Numbered from the stretch's first letter, positions 12,851 through 28,150 are shown. The stretch is DNA of 64,000 nt from Epiperipatus broadwayi (GCA_028023455.1 JAQFVV010000001.1:558001-622000); one strand, 5' to 3'. The notes: generated by a model from the letters alone, not told the origin. A program made the numbers and translations.

Positions 12851-15427
12851 CCAATTAATAGGGTGGTCATTTTTTAATTAACAGTTAATCTCTTTGGAAT
12901 TCATTTTAAACAACTCTATCTAAAACTCCCCCTTCCTTCTCTCCCAATATTATTTTTTAATTAAGTTTAATGACTTTGCATGTAATATAATTCAAACTCA
13001 GGGTTATAAACACAATAATATTAGTATTAATTTATATAAACCGTTGTCTTCCAGAAGTGATTTATCATTTTTCATGAATCAAAAATGTGCAATGTTATCA
13101 ATAGTTTTTCTTCTAGCTTTATTCATCACATAAGCATACTATCTCCTAGCTGATCTTGAGATCAATCCAGAAATCAGTTAGTCCCATTTCAAATGGATAG
13201 GCTGCAATTTAATTTTTTCTGTTGGGAATTAATTCTTATTGAGAAAAAATATATAATTTTTCAATTCTTTCTTTTTTCCAATTTTCAACAATATATCTCA
13301 TCGTTCTTTTATCTCTAAAAATATATCCAATTTTTTAGCTTCTTAATTTCAACATTGTTTTTTTTTTCATTTATTCTATTTGCTACCTTAATATTTTCAA
13401 TCGTATATATTCAATTATTTTTTCTCCATCTCAACATTTAAAATGTTTTCATTTCTTAATAGTCCATACTTGCACTTCAAATAACATTATATATGTAAAT
13501 CATTTTAGTCTATTTCTTCATCAACAAGCTACTCACCCTGAATCAATTAATATATTATGTTAATTAATATAAAGAAAAAAAACTGGATTGATTAAAAGTA
13601 ACAATGTTAAAAAGTTTTAATAATTTTCTTTTTGATAACAAAATATAATAACTTTTGTAATATAATGATCCAGTAATTTGTTAATTACTATTAAAATTAC
13701 AGCAACAAAACCTGTTATAGATTACATTTTTATTTTTAATGTAAAGAGAAACTTCTAAAGTTGTAAAGAAACGAGAATAACTATGAACTTATATTTTTAT
13801 TTCTAATGTAAATAAAAAATTCTAAAGTTGGGGAAAAAACGAGAATAACTATGAACTGATAATTAAACTACTTTGAGTGCAAACATTTTCGATAATTTTG
13901 TATCAACAACTCTTTGCGACCATTAATTTAGATTTGATATTTTTTCTCTCTCTCCCTTTAAGATAAATCATTTATAAATGAGCAAATACTGTTTAAAAAA
14001 ATATTTTAAATATCAACACTTCCTTTAAAATAAATACAGATTAAGAATGTTGTTTTACTATAAATAGCTCATTAATATCTTCGGTAATACAATGATAAAT
14101 ATAACAAGGTAGTCTGAATTTTTTTTTATATATATTAGAAGTAATTGAGACCATATCAATAACAAATCTTCAAGGCTTATTTTTTCTTTGATTTTAGTCT
14201 TTATATTACAAATCGCATAAATGCTAATAATTTTCTAAAACTGTTATTTAGTCTTCTTAGGCAAAATACATATTAAAAAAGACCTGACCTCTGCAAATAG
14301 AATAAATAAAATAAAAAAACATTTGAATAACATTTTTTTTTTTTGTAATTATATTTTAAAATATTCTAACGACTATAATAATGACGGTTTTTTTTGTTTT
14401 CCAGTTGTACAAATCTGTCTGTCCACACATACTAAATTTATAATACTATATAGAGCTTTAATTGTTTTTCTTCTTTTTTTTAAAAAAAAAAAACTATAAC
14501 ATTTGGCTTACTTTAAGTTATTAATACATTTTGGCAATTACTTTATTTCCGTAATGAATACTTTAAATTTATGAACTTCATAATTATTTTGTATTTTATC
14601 TTAGGAATTTCATTTATGGATCAACTGCTGTTTTTATTATTTAATGCATTTAACTTTTTTTTTAAAAATGATATACAACATAATTAGCATTCAGCCATGA
14701 ATTAAGGCATAGGTTTTAGGCTCTGCAGTCAATAAATTTCTAATTAATAAGTTTTGTTGCGAACATATACTGTATTCATATTAGTAGTAAACATACAGAT
14801 TTTGTATAATGAATATTGTTTTTCCTGAAAAGTGTTTTCTCTAATATTGTTTGTTTGAAATCTGACATTTACCATAGTGATGTCATGTACATGATGAACT
14901 ATTATTTTTAATTTCTATTGTAGATTTAATTGTTATTCAGTTTGCTAAGGCCTTATAGAATAATATTTAGTGCTAAAGACCTTTTTAATGTTGTAAAAAT
15001 TGTTTTCTATTCACCGTTTTTTTAACAAGTAACTACCTTTTCCATTATTTTTCATATATTACAAGCATAATTACTCAAAACTTATTTCCTATATGTATGA
15101 TTTACAAATTAATATACATTTATAAGCTTCTCAATCTTCTCTTCATGAAGTTTCATGAAAGATCCTACTTTCTGCTTTGAGGTCCTGTGTGAATTAAGCG
15201 ATTTGACAATAAACAACAGATAGTATGTTCAGCAGCTTTTTTCAGTGTATTATTGACCTCCTTCAATGATTAAATATTATGTCTCTGTATAGTATAGTGC
15301 AATGATGAAGTGGCAGATTTGGAACTTAAGGTCCACAGATTGTATCCAGTTTTGTCATGACATGTAAATTTAAGCCAATAAACATCACATGACCACCTCC
15401 TCTTATGCTTGTGTATAACTGTTGTTA

Positions 15428-15823
15428 AAACAGGCAAAACTCACTATATATATTGCCACACACAGCAAGCTAGAGTAATCAATGGATGCCAGAAGGCTTG
15501 TGCATAAAATCCCCATCTAGTGCCTACTCATCCAATATCTCCAGACTAGTTTCTGGCTTAGTGTTTTCAGTTTAAGACTCATAGTTCTGAAGTTAAATAG
15601 AGATAAAAGGTGGTTGCTGGAGAGTTGCATTAGATCCTAAGATCTAGATGCAGTGCTCTCAGATCCAAGATTCCTCACTGATGAAGGCCATAAGCCAGAA
15701 ACTAGCCTGGGGATATTGGATAAGTAGGCACTAGATGGAGATTTTATGCACAAGCCTTCTGGTATCCATTGATTAATCTAGCTTGCTGTGTGTGGCAATA
15801 TATTGAGTGAGTTTTGCCTGTTT
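15428..15823. mobile_element. Fold-back element, family B, with a hammerhead-like motif
   Basis: About 150-bp inverted arms (15428-15575 and 15675-15823) around a spacer that contains its own hairpin. Confidence 0.75.
15672..15713 (+). ncRNA. Minimal type I hammerhead-ribozyme-like motif
   Basis: tcctca-CTGATGA-aggccataagcca-GAAA-ctag-CC-tgggga: 6-bp stem I, GGC/GCC stem II, palindromic CTAG stem III. The cleavage triplet is mutated here, but the mirror arm retains GAAACTAGTC. Confidence 0.55.
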
Positions 15824-15956
15824 GACATATAAACTCCTGAGCAATAAAACCATTCAATTATCTTTTTTCAGTAAATATTATGCTTAGTAATTCAACCAGA
15901 AAAATGAATAAATATATTTATGATAAATCAATGATTACCAATTGTTTCACCCTTTC

Positions 15957-18352
15957 AGATGAGCCATAATGGGGAAGAAATTTGGGAGTGACCCCCCCCC
16001 CCCAAAAAAAAAATACAAGAGCAGATGTAGAAACATGAATTATTCAGTAAATTTTATTATATCTTGAATTCAAATATAAAGCATTAGCAGAATAAAATAA
16101 AAAGAGCAAATAACAAATGCTTCCAATGATGAAAACATGAAAGAAATACTAAAAGCTCAAATCGTCTCTAATGACCAATGCTATAGGAGCAGATGTTAAA
16201 TTGGTCCATCAAATAAAAATGACTTAAGGTTTAAATATAAATATATTGAATTGTAGAAAGATTCAAATATAGCAGAAAAGATATGACTTTTTCTGTAACA
16301 TGGTCCTAAAAAATAATTCAAAATCATGTAAATGTTGATAAAATTAAAAAATACATAATGTATTCTCTCTAAACAGAAAATGAAGTTTTTTATGCTTTTT
16401 TTTTAAATATACATAAATCAAAAAACAAATTTTCTAGTAATGAATTTGCAGATTGGAAACTATATATGGCTTAAAGAATATCACAACAGGGCATCATATT
16501 TCTGTGATAACACACGTTACTTCATGAAATGTAATTTGACTAATTGATACAATATTAAAAATCTGATTGAAAATGGAATAAAAAATAAGAAAAAAATATT
16601 GCAATAGTGCAACCATAAAATTTCTTTCATCTCATGGATAAGCTTTTTGTGGCTATTCTGAATTATTTAATTATAAACAGAATGACAAATATCCTGGGAT
16701 ACATAATGTGGTGATCAAGAATAAGGGGAAAGCTTCATATTTATCATCGACAAATATAAAGAAATCAAATTGATTATGAAAAATCAAATATAGAAAATCA
16801 CTGTAAAAAAAAATTAAAGAAGTAAAATAGTCGTGTTTATTTAATATCAGCACCTTTCACACCGTTAAATGATAGTAGTTATTCTATTAGAAAATCAGTT
16901 AATAAAATTATTGAATATGTTATTTTCATCCTTATTGTAATTCAGTATAGAGAAACACTATAAACATTAAAAAAATCTTTAACCAAATTAAAATAGTTAT
17001 AGATAATCTAGAAGAATAGTGTTGTGACATGTCTCAAATATGTCCAGATGTTACAAAAGAATTAAAATATGTTATCAATATCAATCATCTTACAAATTAT
17101 ATAGATGATCACTCCCTTAATTTGATAAAGGTATATCCATGGAAAGATGCATGTAAGCAATTTTATTCAGAATTTTACAATTTTTTTTTCATTCAGTTTA
17201 TCAATAAAAAGTAAAGTTTTGTGCCATAAAACTGAATGCAGTCATGAATCTACAACGGTTATTAAAAGAGCATCAGATAATAATGGCTGCATAATAAATA
17301 TCATAAGAGTCTTATCCAAAGGTTGCAAATATTTATAAAGAGCTTAAAGATAATTTGGGAAAAATAGAAATTAAAATTTGATACACATTATAAAATAAAG
17401 CCTATATTTGAGAAACTTGCTCTCTTTGCAGATTTCTAGATTATGATAACTGAGAAGTCCAATAAAGTTAATAAATAAAATATGCAATACTGGAGCTTCA
17501 CTGAGCTGTTTACTGGATTTTTTGATGCCATGATGGCATTAGCTTGAAATGTTTAAAAATAAAATAAAAGTCTAAATAGAAAATGCAGAAAACTGTGAAC
17601 ATAAATGAGAGTATTAGAAAAGAAAATGAATCAGTGATGATAATGCTGAAAATGTTACTAAGCCAGAAAGATAAAAATTTATAATGGAAACATATCTATT
17701 TGTTATTAAAAAGTTATAACCAGTTTTTTTTTTCCATTGCATTGAAACACATAAAACATCCATTCATTGTTTGTTTTCTGATGAATATTCTAAAAAAAAT
17801 GAAGATCATTTTGGCAGCAGCATTCAAGTTTTAGAAGTATTATTCAGATGACATTGAACCTAAATTTAAACTAGCAGTTCTTTACTTTGGAAACTTTATT
17901 GATTAGTATGATGAATTCAGCTACATATTATAAGCATTTCTGATATCTACATCTTTATAGTAAACAATAAATTAACTGCTTCATCCTTTAATGTTGAAAG
18001 AGCATTATGAATTTCCTTGTTTAATAGTTAATATGACTTAATTTCAAAATGAAACATTTAAAGAATGTATGCAGATGCACAATTATGAAAACAGATTTAT
18101 TTTCATGGTAATTAAGAATATTTTTGAAAACTTACAATTTACTGATATTTTGGAAAAAAACATTTCCAAAAAATTATGCAAATCAAATGTTTGAATTAAA
18201 GTTGGGACTCATTTTTGTAAAAATAATCTTAATTTTTTTTTTTTTTTTTAAGAAATTTTTTTTTTCTTTTTTGAAAATTTTACTGAAGAATGGGAGTCTT
18301 ACAGATATTTTACTCCAGAGACCTATAAAATCTTAATTTGGTTCTGAATGCA
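15957..18352 (+). mobile_element. Highly decayed hAT transposon (ZMYM1/Tip100-like transposase relic)
   Basis: Broken frames in the hAT order: NEFADWK (TTF zinc finger), IKFLSSHG*AFCG, KKIKEVK, DHSLNLI, FIQNFTIFFS, LTASSFNVERA (dimerisation domain). Confidence 0.7.
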
Positions 18353-21289
18353 CTGCACTCTCCTTTCCCTAACATTTAGTTAAATTGTTTTAAAAAATAA
18401 ATATTTAAGCAAACAGTAGACCCTTATCTTAAATCTCTATATACATTTATTTTTCTGTAAATTTAACTGAATCTCATCGAATACTTTTTGTTTTGTAATC
18501 AAATTCAACAAAAGTTTTTATTCTTTCCAACTCATGTCTTCCCTTTTCAAAATATTTTTAACATAGAGTTTCTTTAATAGATCAATGAAACAAATATATT
18601 TTTTCTTTTCTGCTCTATCTATCAACATAATTTCTTATATCTATAAGTTCAATTTAATCTATAATCTATTAATTGAACTAAACTGACAACTACAAAACAT
18701 GACACTAAAAGGATTAAGATAACACTCCAACAATAACTATCAAATAATTAAATTAACATGTAATAAAGATATAATGTCCTAAATGAATGTATTATATTGT
18801 ATTAGTTTGAATTTATGATACTGCATCAATTTTGTGTAAATACTATTTTTTTAATTGCTATGTTAGAGATTGATGACATCACTTATAAATTATAAAACAT
18901 TTGTTTCTTAGGAATCTAGGTGGTAATTATATAAGCTGGGTTGCTCTTGTTTTGTGAAAAGGGTTAAAGACTAATTTTGATATAACAAAAAAAAAAAAGA
19001 AAGCTAATTCCAGTTATAGACTCTTATTTTACTTTTGTTAATAAAATGTCAAGATTAAAACATTTCAGTATTCTTATTATGTATTTTTTATTTTATTGAA
19101 AATTGTATAATTTCGGTTTTACACTCAGCATTAATAACAAAATGCAATTGTAAATCAAATGAAATGAATATATAAAAATATACTTAGCATAGTATTCATG
19201 TTTTTTTTTCCTGTGTTATACTTTTTTTTTTACATTTGCTTTAGGAACGGCAATTCATTCCACTTAATTTATTAAGTTAGTGCAATGGTAATGTATGTCC
19301 ATATTACCAATTTAGCTTTTGGTTGTCATTTTTAGCAAGAAGCAGGATTGCACTCACAAAAATAGCAGTCACTTTTAATTTTTTTATATATCCAAGTTAA
19401 TAAGCTTAAATTCTAAACTTTAAACCCAAGCCAATTTGTTTGTATTATTATTTAAATTTGAAACTAAGCCTTTGAATACTTAAGCTTATAATAGATGAAT
19501 TTAGAGTTTAAAAAAAAATAGAATGAATTATTGCTCTTAATGCAGAGAAAATCACATGATAAATTGTTTGTATATTTTTTATAATGAATTATGATAATTT
19601 TGGAATATATTTTAAAAATTTCTTTCTTTCAACAGCTCTTTGAGTAATGAATAAAAATTAATTTTTTTAACAAAATTATTTTATTATTATTAGAGAATAA
19701 AATTTATAAACATTGGTTAAAAAAAAAATATTTTGAAACTAGTTTAACTTTCCATTTGTAGCCACAAAATAATTTTATGTAATATTGATCACATAATAAT
19801 ATTTTGATGAATTATAACCAAATTCTTGTTTTTATTATAAAAATGTTGATTTATAACAAACTTTTTTTTTTAATTAAAATTTTTTTTTTCTGAAAACATA
19901 AAATCGTCATCATCTTATTTTTTGGGAAAAAAATATTCAATACTTGAATAAAAATCACGTGACTAAATTTGAATGACTTAATAATTTGATTGATATATAT
20001 CATAATCCATAAATATTTTGGTGCTCTAATTATAGATTATGTGCTTCTGCCCCTTCTGCTCAGTTATCTGCATTTGCTTATGTATTTCATAAAAGATGAA
20101 CCAGTCTAATCAATAGTAAACAATACCTATAATTTTATTTAAACTATTCTGAGTAGAATTAAAGGATGTTTTTAATGATGTATTGCATAAAAGTTGTTTT
20201 ATACAAGTTTCAATATTATTATATCTAAAATACTGAGAGATAAAATTTCAAAATTGACTACTGTATAAAGATCTGTTTGCAGAAGTCATTGACTGTAGTA
20301 ACTTAACATTCATATTCGGTATATTCTAATGACCACTAATTTTATCAATGGATAGTTTGTTTTGAAAAAATATAAAGCTCAATTACATGTACTAAAACTT
20401 GATCTTATTGCAATAAGTTTAATTTTTGTTAAGTCATGCAAAATGTTTTTACCTTATTTGAAAAAAATGATAATATTGTTAATATGAAAACAAAAACTTT
20501 ATAATACTCAATTTTGAAGTCAAATAGAAATAAAAAAGAATGGTTAACCCCTCCCCAATGTTTTTATGTTAATTCCTAGAGTAAAATCCTCAAAAAATTT
20601 ATTTAGTTTAGGGCAGTCATAATTTGAAGGAGTGCAAGTGAAATATTGAAACTGGGTAAAACATTAATTTTTTTTTTTTAATATATGATTATTTTTAAAG
20701 CAAAATAAGAATTTGATTAGCCTGGTAGTTATTGTGTTCTTTACAGTTTCTCTGCAGATATGCTGTAAAAGTCTTTGCCCTCTAATGAACTATTGAGAAG
20801 TTCTTTGACTGTACACAATTTAAGAAATCTATTTACTTTTGCAGAAATATGTTAAATAAGCTAATGCTAAATGTATTTGGAGAAATTCTAAATATACTAT
20901 GTTTACTTAAATTAAGATTATCTATATCTTTCTGATACTAAAAAAACTATCTTTGCTGGAATCTAAAAATAAAATATTGTTTTTTTATTTATTTAGTGTA
21001 CTGCAGTAGTAGACTTAATAATATTAATTGAAATATTTGCCCTCAGGAGATCATATGACATTTGAACACTTGAAATAGAGAGATGATAATCAATATAAAT
21101 AAATCTAATTACTTGAAGTATTATCATTCAAAAATAAAACACAATCTGAAAATTAGACAGAGTATATTTAAATTTTAGAAAACTATTAATAAACATTATG
21201 TGTAAAATCTCAGTTTTCTATGTCAATAATAGGAACATTAAAGCAATAAATCTATCTATTTAATCTATTCAAGACACTTATAGTACATT

Positions 21290-21870
21290 TAAGCTATATT
21301 CAAATCTCCATAGTGTCTAGTTAATTGGTCTTCTTCCCATATTAGATTTACATTTAAACATCCAACAACTATCTTTCTCTTATACTATTTAATACTCTTA
21401 AGGTTTTGAATGTAAATTTAATTTGTCTGTATAGATAAATAGGTCTAATGCCGTTGGTGAACTTTTATCAGAAATAATCTGCTCTCTTTATTTATTCACA
21501 ACAACTTACATTTTCAGGATATTATACCTATTAATCTTTTCTTCACCATTTCTAGAATCTATGCTAGTAGCATTTTTGAAGTCCAGTGGAAACTATTGAG
21601 GCAATTCCCTTTCAATAAAATTATAATTGCTTTATTTCATTTTGTCATTTTATTATAATTCTATTTATAAATTTACTAATTCAATATTCCATTTTAATAT
21701 TAAATTTTTCCATTATTTTATTGGTTTGCAATATACTATATTAAAAATGCCTTTCATCTAAATTTTCTAACATTCTTTTATCTGCCCATAACCATCAATA
21801 TATCTAAAAAACTATTTCTTGTAATATATGTAAACATCTTTTTGATTTCATTTTTATATTACAATAGGCC
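21290..21870 (-). mobile_element. Decayed LINE RT fragment (RTE-like)
   Basis: Broken motifs PLDFKNAT and FKSNMGRRPI resemble the RT N-terminal region. Confidence 0.35.
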
Positions 21871-24172
21871 TCAATTATGTAACAATTTATCAGATCCTAA
21901 TTATGATTTAAATTCACATTATTTCTTATTTGTATAATTTTTATATAAATATTATGATTCACCAACATATTTAGATTGAAAACTATATTCATTATATGCA
22001 AATGAGAGATAGAAAATTGTTTGTTTTACTAAATATAATATTTTTCTCATACTCCAATCTTATACATAATGTCATTAATTTAAAATATTAAATAGAAAAG
22101 TAATAATAATTAAACTTTACCACTCACATATTTTTTGAAAACCAATTATCACTCTTACATATCAATTATTGGAAAAAATGCTTAAAAATCTGCTAATAAA
22201 AATAAATGATTATGTGAAATATGACACTTATAAAAATGAATTTATACACATATATAAATTTCACCCAACACAGGTGTTATCACTATTGTATCAGAAAATC
22301 CCAAGGATCTATAAAGTATTTTAAACAATCTGAATAAAAAGGAAAATAATTTTAAATGAATTTAAGAAAATCAAAGACAGTGACATGTAAAAAACAAACA
22401 AGTTAATGTGAATATTAAATATAAAATAAATTAATGAATGATTTAAAACAAATTTTTATCTGGATTGCTTAATCAGATTACATTATGAAAAAATTATTAC
22501 TGCATTACATTCGAAGAAAATTCGATGCTCAAGGGAACTGAATATAGAGACCCAGCCAAGATTGCTTGAATATTATGACCCACCCAAGACTTGGATTTAT
22601 ATATATAAATGATACAACAAAATGAAAAGATATTTGCAAAAGAATGATCAAAATTTCATGAAAAAATAAATAAATGACAGAAGGAAAAAAAGACTACTAT
22701 AAAACAAAAAAATGACTATCTTTGATATTAAATAAGATTAAATGATTTTTTAAAAGATAATTTGAGAAGAAAAAAAAAGATGAAGAGTAGCAATATAGTT
22801 AAAAAGCATTAACATTTTTGGATTAAGATACGGAAGTTAAAAAATGACACTAAAAAACTTTGAACACCCCAACAATAATGAAAGAAAAATGATTATTAAT
22901 TAGTTGGAAAAAAATGCTTTAACTTTTATATTGAGTAAAAAGCACAATGTTATTTACATTAATAAAAGCAGAAATAGATTTATAATTCCTAAAATAAAAC
23001 TATGTATATGTAAAATGCAGTATACGAACCAAAAGTTGAGAAAATTCAAATTGTCAAAGAAATTGATTTTAATCATCAAAGATACTAATTATTCTCATTA
23101 CGTTTCACAAAAAAAAAATTACTTTAAAAGCAAATATTCGATTTAATATCTTTCTGTAACACACACAAAATATGTTACAAATGATATTTGCTCTATAATA
23201 TCATGCAATGACTTGATATATTTTTTCATTTATTCGTGCATTAATAATGGCTTATGGTACATCCTGTGTACAGCTATTATCTGAAGATTAAAAAAAAAAA
23301 ATATTTGAACTTGTTTAAATATTTTTAAATGATCCGCTGTATGCAATTCATCAGCTATGAACAGGACTTTCTTAACCAAAATATGTAAAACTTTTACTCT
23401 ATTGAAAATAAAAAATGTCTATCCAAAATATCTTGTAATATTCAAGATTGCTAAGCAAAATCCATTTGAATGATGATAACATTTTTTTTATTATCTTTCA
23501 TTTTTGACTAAACTCTTAGACAAACTATATAATAATTTCTGCTTTCTTCTGAACCATATATTCTACCTATAAGTTATACATTGTGTGTTATTTAACTAAG
23601 GAGCCATCTAATGTATTTTTTTATTTTCATAAAATACATATTTCATGTTCAAATCCGATAAGAATAATCAGTAAAGCCTTCTTACATAAAAGTATAAACT
23701 TTTATAAATTAAACTTTATGAGAAATTAAACTTTATGAGTGACATGTTTATACATGTCATTCATAAAGTTTAATTTCTTCCTAAGATTACAATTTGTATT
23801 TAATTTATCAGAAATCAATTTAATTTCTCTTCATGTAAGTTTTAATATAATAGAATCTTATGCATTAATCTATCACCGTTATAGTAACTCTCTCTCATAC
23901 ACATTTTTAAAAAAAACTTTTTCCTTTGTTTGAACAGTTTAACTTAGCAATGATAGTTTTAAAAACTGATGATTCGAAAATAATTTTTAGAATGATAAAG
24001 GTAAAAAAAGAGAGAGAGAAAAAAAGACTTGATGGAATGATTTAAAAGGAATGTTGCATTCAGACTGACACTTTGGTACTCAAACATCATTTTATCTTAA
24101 GAACAACTGACTACACGAGAAAAAAATTAGTAAAAAAAACAACAATATATATCTAAAAAAGAAATAATTTAT

Positions 24173-24278
24173 TTATAAATCTTTTTTCCTAATTTTTTTT
24201 TTCTTAGCACCAGTTGTCTTTCCATCAGGTTTCTTTTTTAAGGCTATAGTTAAATTAATGTCTTCTTCAATTAGGTCT
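24173..24278 (-). CDS. Terminal coding exon of an unidentified minus-strand gene: (R)DLIEEDINLTIALKKKPDGKTTGAKKKKIRKKDL*
   Basis: Acceptor ttttatttcag, phase-2 start, 34 codons plus TAA. The phase matches the exon at 27010-27100 (AG+A=R). Lys-rich tail resembles an NLS/NoLS. Confidence 0.85.
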
Positions 24279-24599
24279 CTGAAATAAAAGAAAGCAGAAA
24301 ATAAACTGATTGTATATAAATACAGAATATATCCAAAAATTACAAAGAAATTTATAATTATCATAATTTTTATTTTTGTATTCTTTTTTTTTTCAATTTC
24401 TGTTGTATATCCTCATAAACTTTAACTGATGTTATTTTCCTAACTTAGCTAAAAAAAATTGTCTACACTTTATAAAACTTGTTATATAATGCTAATTAAA
24501 ATATTATTACATTTTAATTAAAAATATCTTTGTGATTTTTAAGACAATCTTAAATAATTATATAAAATTTAAAACTAAATTTTCATTGATGAAAACAAA

Positions 24600-26200
24600 T
24601 TTTTTTATGCAAGCAAATATGATTGTATTTTCAATATATCTTATTATTGAAACCGACTACAAATGCTGAAACTATTAGTTGGAAGCAAAAAATAATCTAT
24701 CCATAACAGACCCTAACAATAAAAGTTCATAAACTAGACTTAAAACTATACAAGACTTCTTAAATACTAGCTAAAAAAGTTTATGCAATTTAGTGTCTTT
24801 GAATAACAAAGTTCATACACTAATCCTAATTAATATAACTATGTAGAGTTAGTTTCTAAACTATATGTGATGAATCCTAAAAGAACCGATCTTACATATG
24901 ATGTTCCAAGGAGTATTTATATCAAAAGTCTCATAAATTGTTAAGTAACACATTTGCCCAAATTTGATGCAATGCTCATTAGGAAATATATGCAATGTTT
25001 AGTCAAGAATTATTCTTTGACAAAGATTGAAGTAGTAGATTGATCAAATATCTTTCTTTAAAAAACTATATCTGGAATAAAAAGTAACATGATTTCTGAA
25101 TACCAATCAAAAAGACAGCAAAAGAGTTTAATTACTTAAATAATTTATATAATTAAAAATTCTTTGGTAAGACATGCTTTGAAGAAATATGATTGTTTCA
25201 CTAAAATGATTGCATAGTTTAGAACATGAGGAAAAAAAGATTTTAAAAAGTTTAGAAATAATGTCAAATATTTTTCATTTAATCTTCAAAAAGATTGAAG
25301 CTACACTGAAGATATGAAACAATACTGAAAGAGTTTGCTGAAGTGAATTGTCGAAAAAAATGAAACTATATACATTTATCAAAATTATATAGAATAAAAG
25401 ATTTTCAGATTTTGAAATTCAAAAGCATTCTTGTACTTAATATTATCATTAAAACTAAATTGTTCTGGTAGTTTTCTTATGATCACTAAAAGGAATTTGG
25501 TAGGTTGAAGCAGTTAATTTTTGAAAAAATTATCTTAATAGAAACTAAATATTAAATATGACTTTTGAAATTTACTTTGATATGGAAACCCAATTGTTTA
25601 GAATTACCTTTAAAAAGAAATAATTATTCGGCTAAAAAGCCTGTTTATTTTAAATTTTTTTCTATAAAATCAAAAATGGACATGGAAAAATACTAAAGCT
25701 ATCAAAAATAAATTTTATTTAAAAAATACAAATATTTTGTTCAGAATGAAAGAATGCTTAGTGTTTGAATAGTTTATGATTACAGATTTGTACGATGCCA
25801 AATATATTTTGATATAAAAGTGAAAAGACATATGGTAATAAAAATTTTTTTTTACATTAATGGATTCAGATAACTTTAACAAACAAATCCACAAAATGGA
25901 AAGATTAAAAAAAAAAAAAAAAAATCCCTTCATTATAAAATTATAACAAAAAAAAAAGCAAACAAAGTAAAACATAAAATAGACTTAATTTCTAAAATGT
26001 GAAAATAAAAAGATTTACAGATAAGTGGTGCAAGACAACTGGGGGGAAAAAATGTTAAAAAAAAAAACAAAAAACAGAACTTAATGTATTTTCTGCTAAA
26101 ATAGAATATGTAATTTCAAATATGAAAGATGGAAAATCATCTGGAAAAATGGGAGTAAAAGTAAAAATAGTTAAGCCTGGTAAATAAAAAATTGTTTACA
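24600..26200 (+). mobile_element. Decayed LINE fragment inside the last intron
   Basis: MKDGKSSGKMGV at about 26122 resembles the K-x-x-K-S-P-G-x-D-G motif preceding RT. The rest is heavily eroded. Confidence 0.3.
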
Positions 26201-27009
26201 AGATATTTTAAAGAACTAACATTCTTAGAGACAAATAAAACAGAAATTAAATTGTGACTTGCTTTCCACATCATACCAAACTTCAGATTCAGTAACATTT
26301 TTTAAATTTACATTATTTTAAATTTGATGCAAGTCATGAAATCAAAGCAAAAAGCATAATTAAGCTACAAAAAATTTTGAATTACAATTAACTTTTGAAT
26401 CACTAAATTACTTTTAAAAACATGTACTTAGTCACATACTATTTCTGATTTTTATAAATATATAAAAAGTCTGAGTTTGGTTTTTCAACTTTTATAATAT
26501 TATTTTTGTAATATATGAACATAAGCATTTTCCTGTATAAAAAAATAACTTGTTTAAGTATGTGAATTTATAATAATTCGTTAATAAACAATTCAGAGAA
26601 AAGTTATATAAGTATAATGAATTAAAAAAAAAGAGATTAAAAATAAAAAATTTATAAAAAATGAAATATTTATATATTTTTAACAAAACTTTTCTAATGT
26701 TTATGATAAATCTACAAGATATGGTTGTTGTAATCTTATTGCGCTACATTTCTAAGTAAGTATTAATGTTAGATACTCTAACAAATCACATATTATTACA
26801 TCAATTTTTTTAAAAAACATTAATAAAGTATAAAAATACATTAAAAACTAAAATCATCATAACCATGCCTGAAAAACAATTCAGATTAGCTTGCTTTCTG
26901 CCCTTAATCAAATATACTATAAAACAGACACAAAAATGACTTGTACATTGCTATATATTGTATTCATAGACATTCACACATATATAAATGAATTCACAAA
27001 CTAATTTAC

Positions 27010-27100
27010 CTGTTGGATAAAGTTTTTTGTAACTCAGATTCTTCATTTTTCAAATTTGCAACAGTTTCTTCTTCACTATTTTCACCGTCTAAAGAATCAT
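27010..27100 (-). CDS. Internal exon: (D)DSLDGENSEEETVANLKNEESELQKTLSN(R)
   Basis: Acceptor gtctttttag, donor AG|gtaaat, 91 nt, phase 1 to phase 2, open frame, acidic. Confidence 0.85.
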
Positions 27101-27359
27101 CTAAAAAGACAATTTAAAATCAATATAAAATGTTTTAAAACTAACTAAGCTTACAACATATTTCAGTTATCACTTTTTTAACCAAATTTTATTTCTGAAA
27201 TTTAATTCTTGATCACTAAAAATATCAGAAGTATTTGTGCATACTTCAAATGAGATTTTAGCTAAATTATAAAATGCTCTTAGAAAAACATTGTAGCACA
27301 TAAAAGCAGCTATGATGAAATAAATTTGCTTCACATTGACAATGTGATTAGTTAGAACT

Positions 27360-28150
27360 CTGTATAGTCAAGCTGTCTATTCAACGTGTATACAAAATAT
27401 ATAATAAGAAAAGGCAGACTGAATTTAGGATTGATAAGAGATAGCCAATTGGATTAAGACCAGTGCGAAGATTTAAGATTTGTGAAAAACACAATCTTGG
27501 GATGTACTAAGAAAACCACACTATTGCTAAAAATAGAAATGACTTTTTAAAACTCTCTCACTAGAAAGATTAAAGTAAAAAATTAAGATAGTTGATTTCC
27601 AAATTGATAATAAAGACATAGAAGTATTTGATAGTTTTTACTTCCTTAAGTCATTCATCATGAACAAAAAAATTCAATAATCAAGAGATTTATTGCTGAT
27701 GAACAATTGACAATTACTATGAAAAATAGAGAAAAGATTTTTAGAAGGAAAGACATCATCTTTAAAATAAAGATTAGAATTGTTCAATTTATGTGTTTTC
27801 TGTGATTTTCTATAGGTATAAAAGTTGCACAATAAAAATGAATGACAAACAAAAATTTTAACAATTCTTTTTTAAAAAAGTGCATCAAAAATCATGAGAA
27901 ATGCCCATCATATCTGAAGTTATGTGCAATTTTGACAGTGTCATGACCTCAGAACTGATTGAGAGAATAATTGTTTACATTGCACTTGAACAACAATGTA
28001 ATGACAATTCAGTATAAATATGAGAAGATATGCTATAAAATTATTTTTATGTAAAAGACAAAATACTTACAGCAGAGGATTATAAAATATTCCAGGAAAG
28101 AATAGTAATTGGCAAGAATACACAGGTGCTGGTGATTCAGAAAACATAAT
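27360..28150 (+). mobile_element. Decayed RTE-clade LINE 3' fragment
   Basis: Broken frames LFNVYTKYIIRK, DLRF (YADD region degenerate), IDNKDIEVFDSF and IFRRKDIIFKIKIRIVQFM follow the RTE RT/C-terminal order. Confidence 0.6.

Noticed and set aside
11950-13560. LINE endonuclease relic on the minus strand
   Set aside because: Only weak motif echoes (ICIINTNF, SDQ); too eroded to call.
19990-20900. Third hAT relic
   Set aside because: Faint resemblance only (QLSAFAYV); no contiguous motif or TIR.
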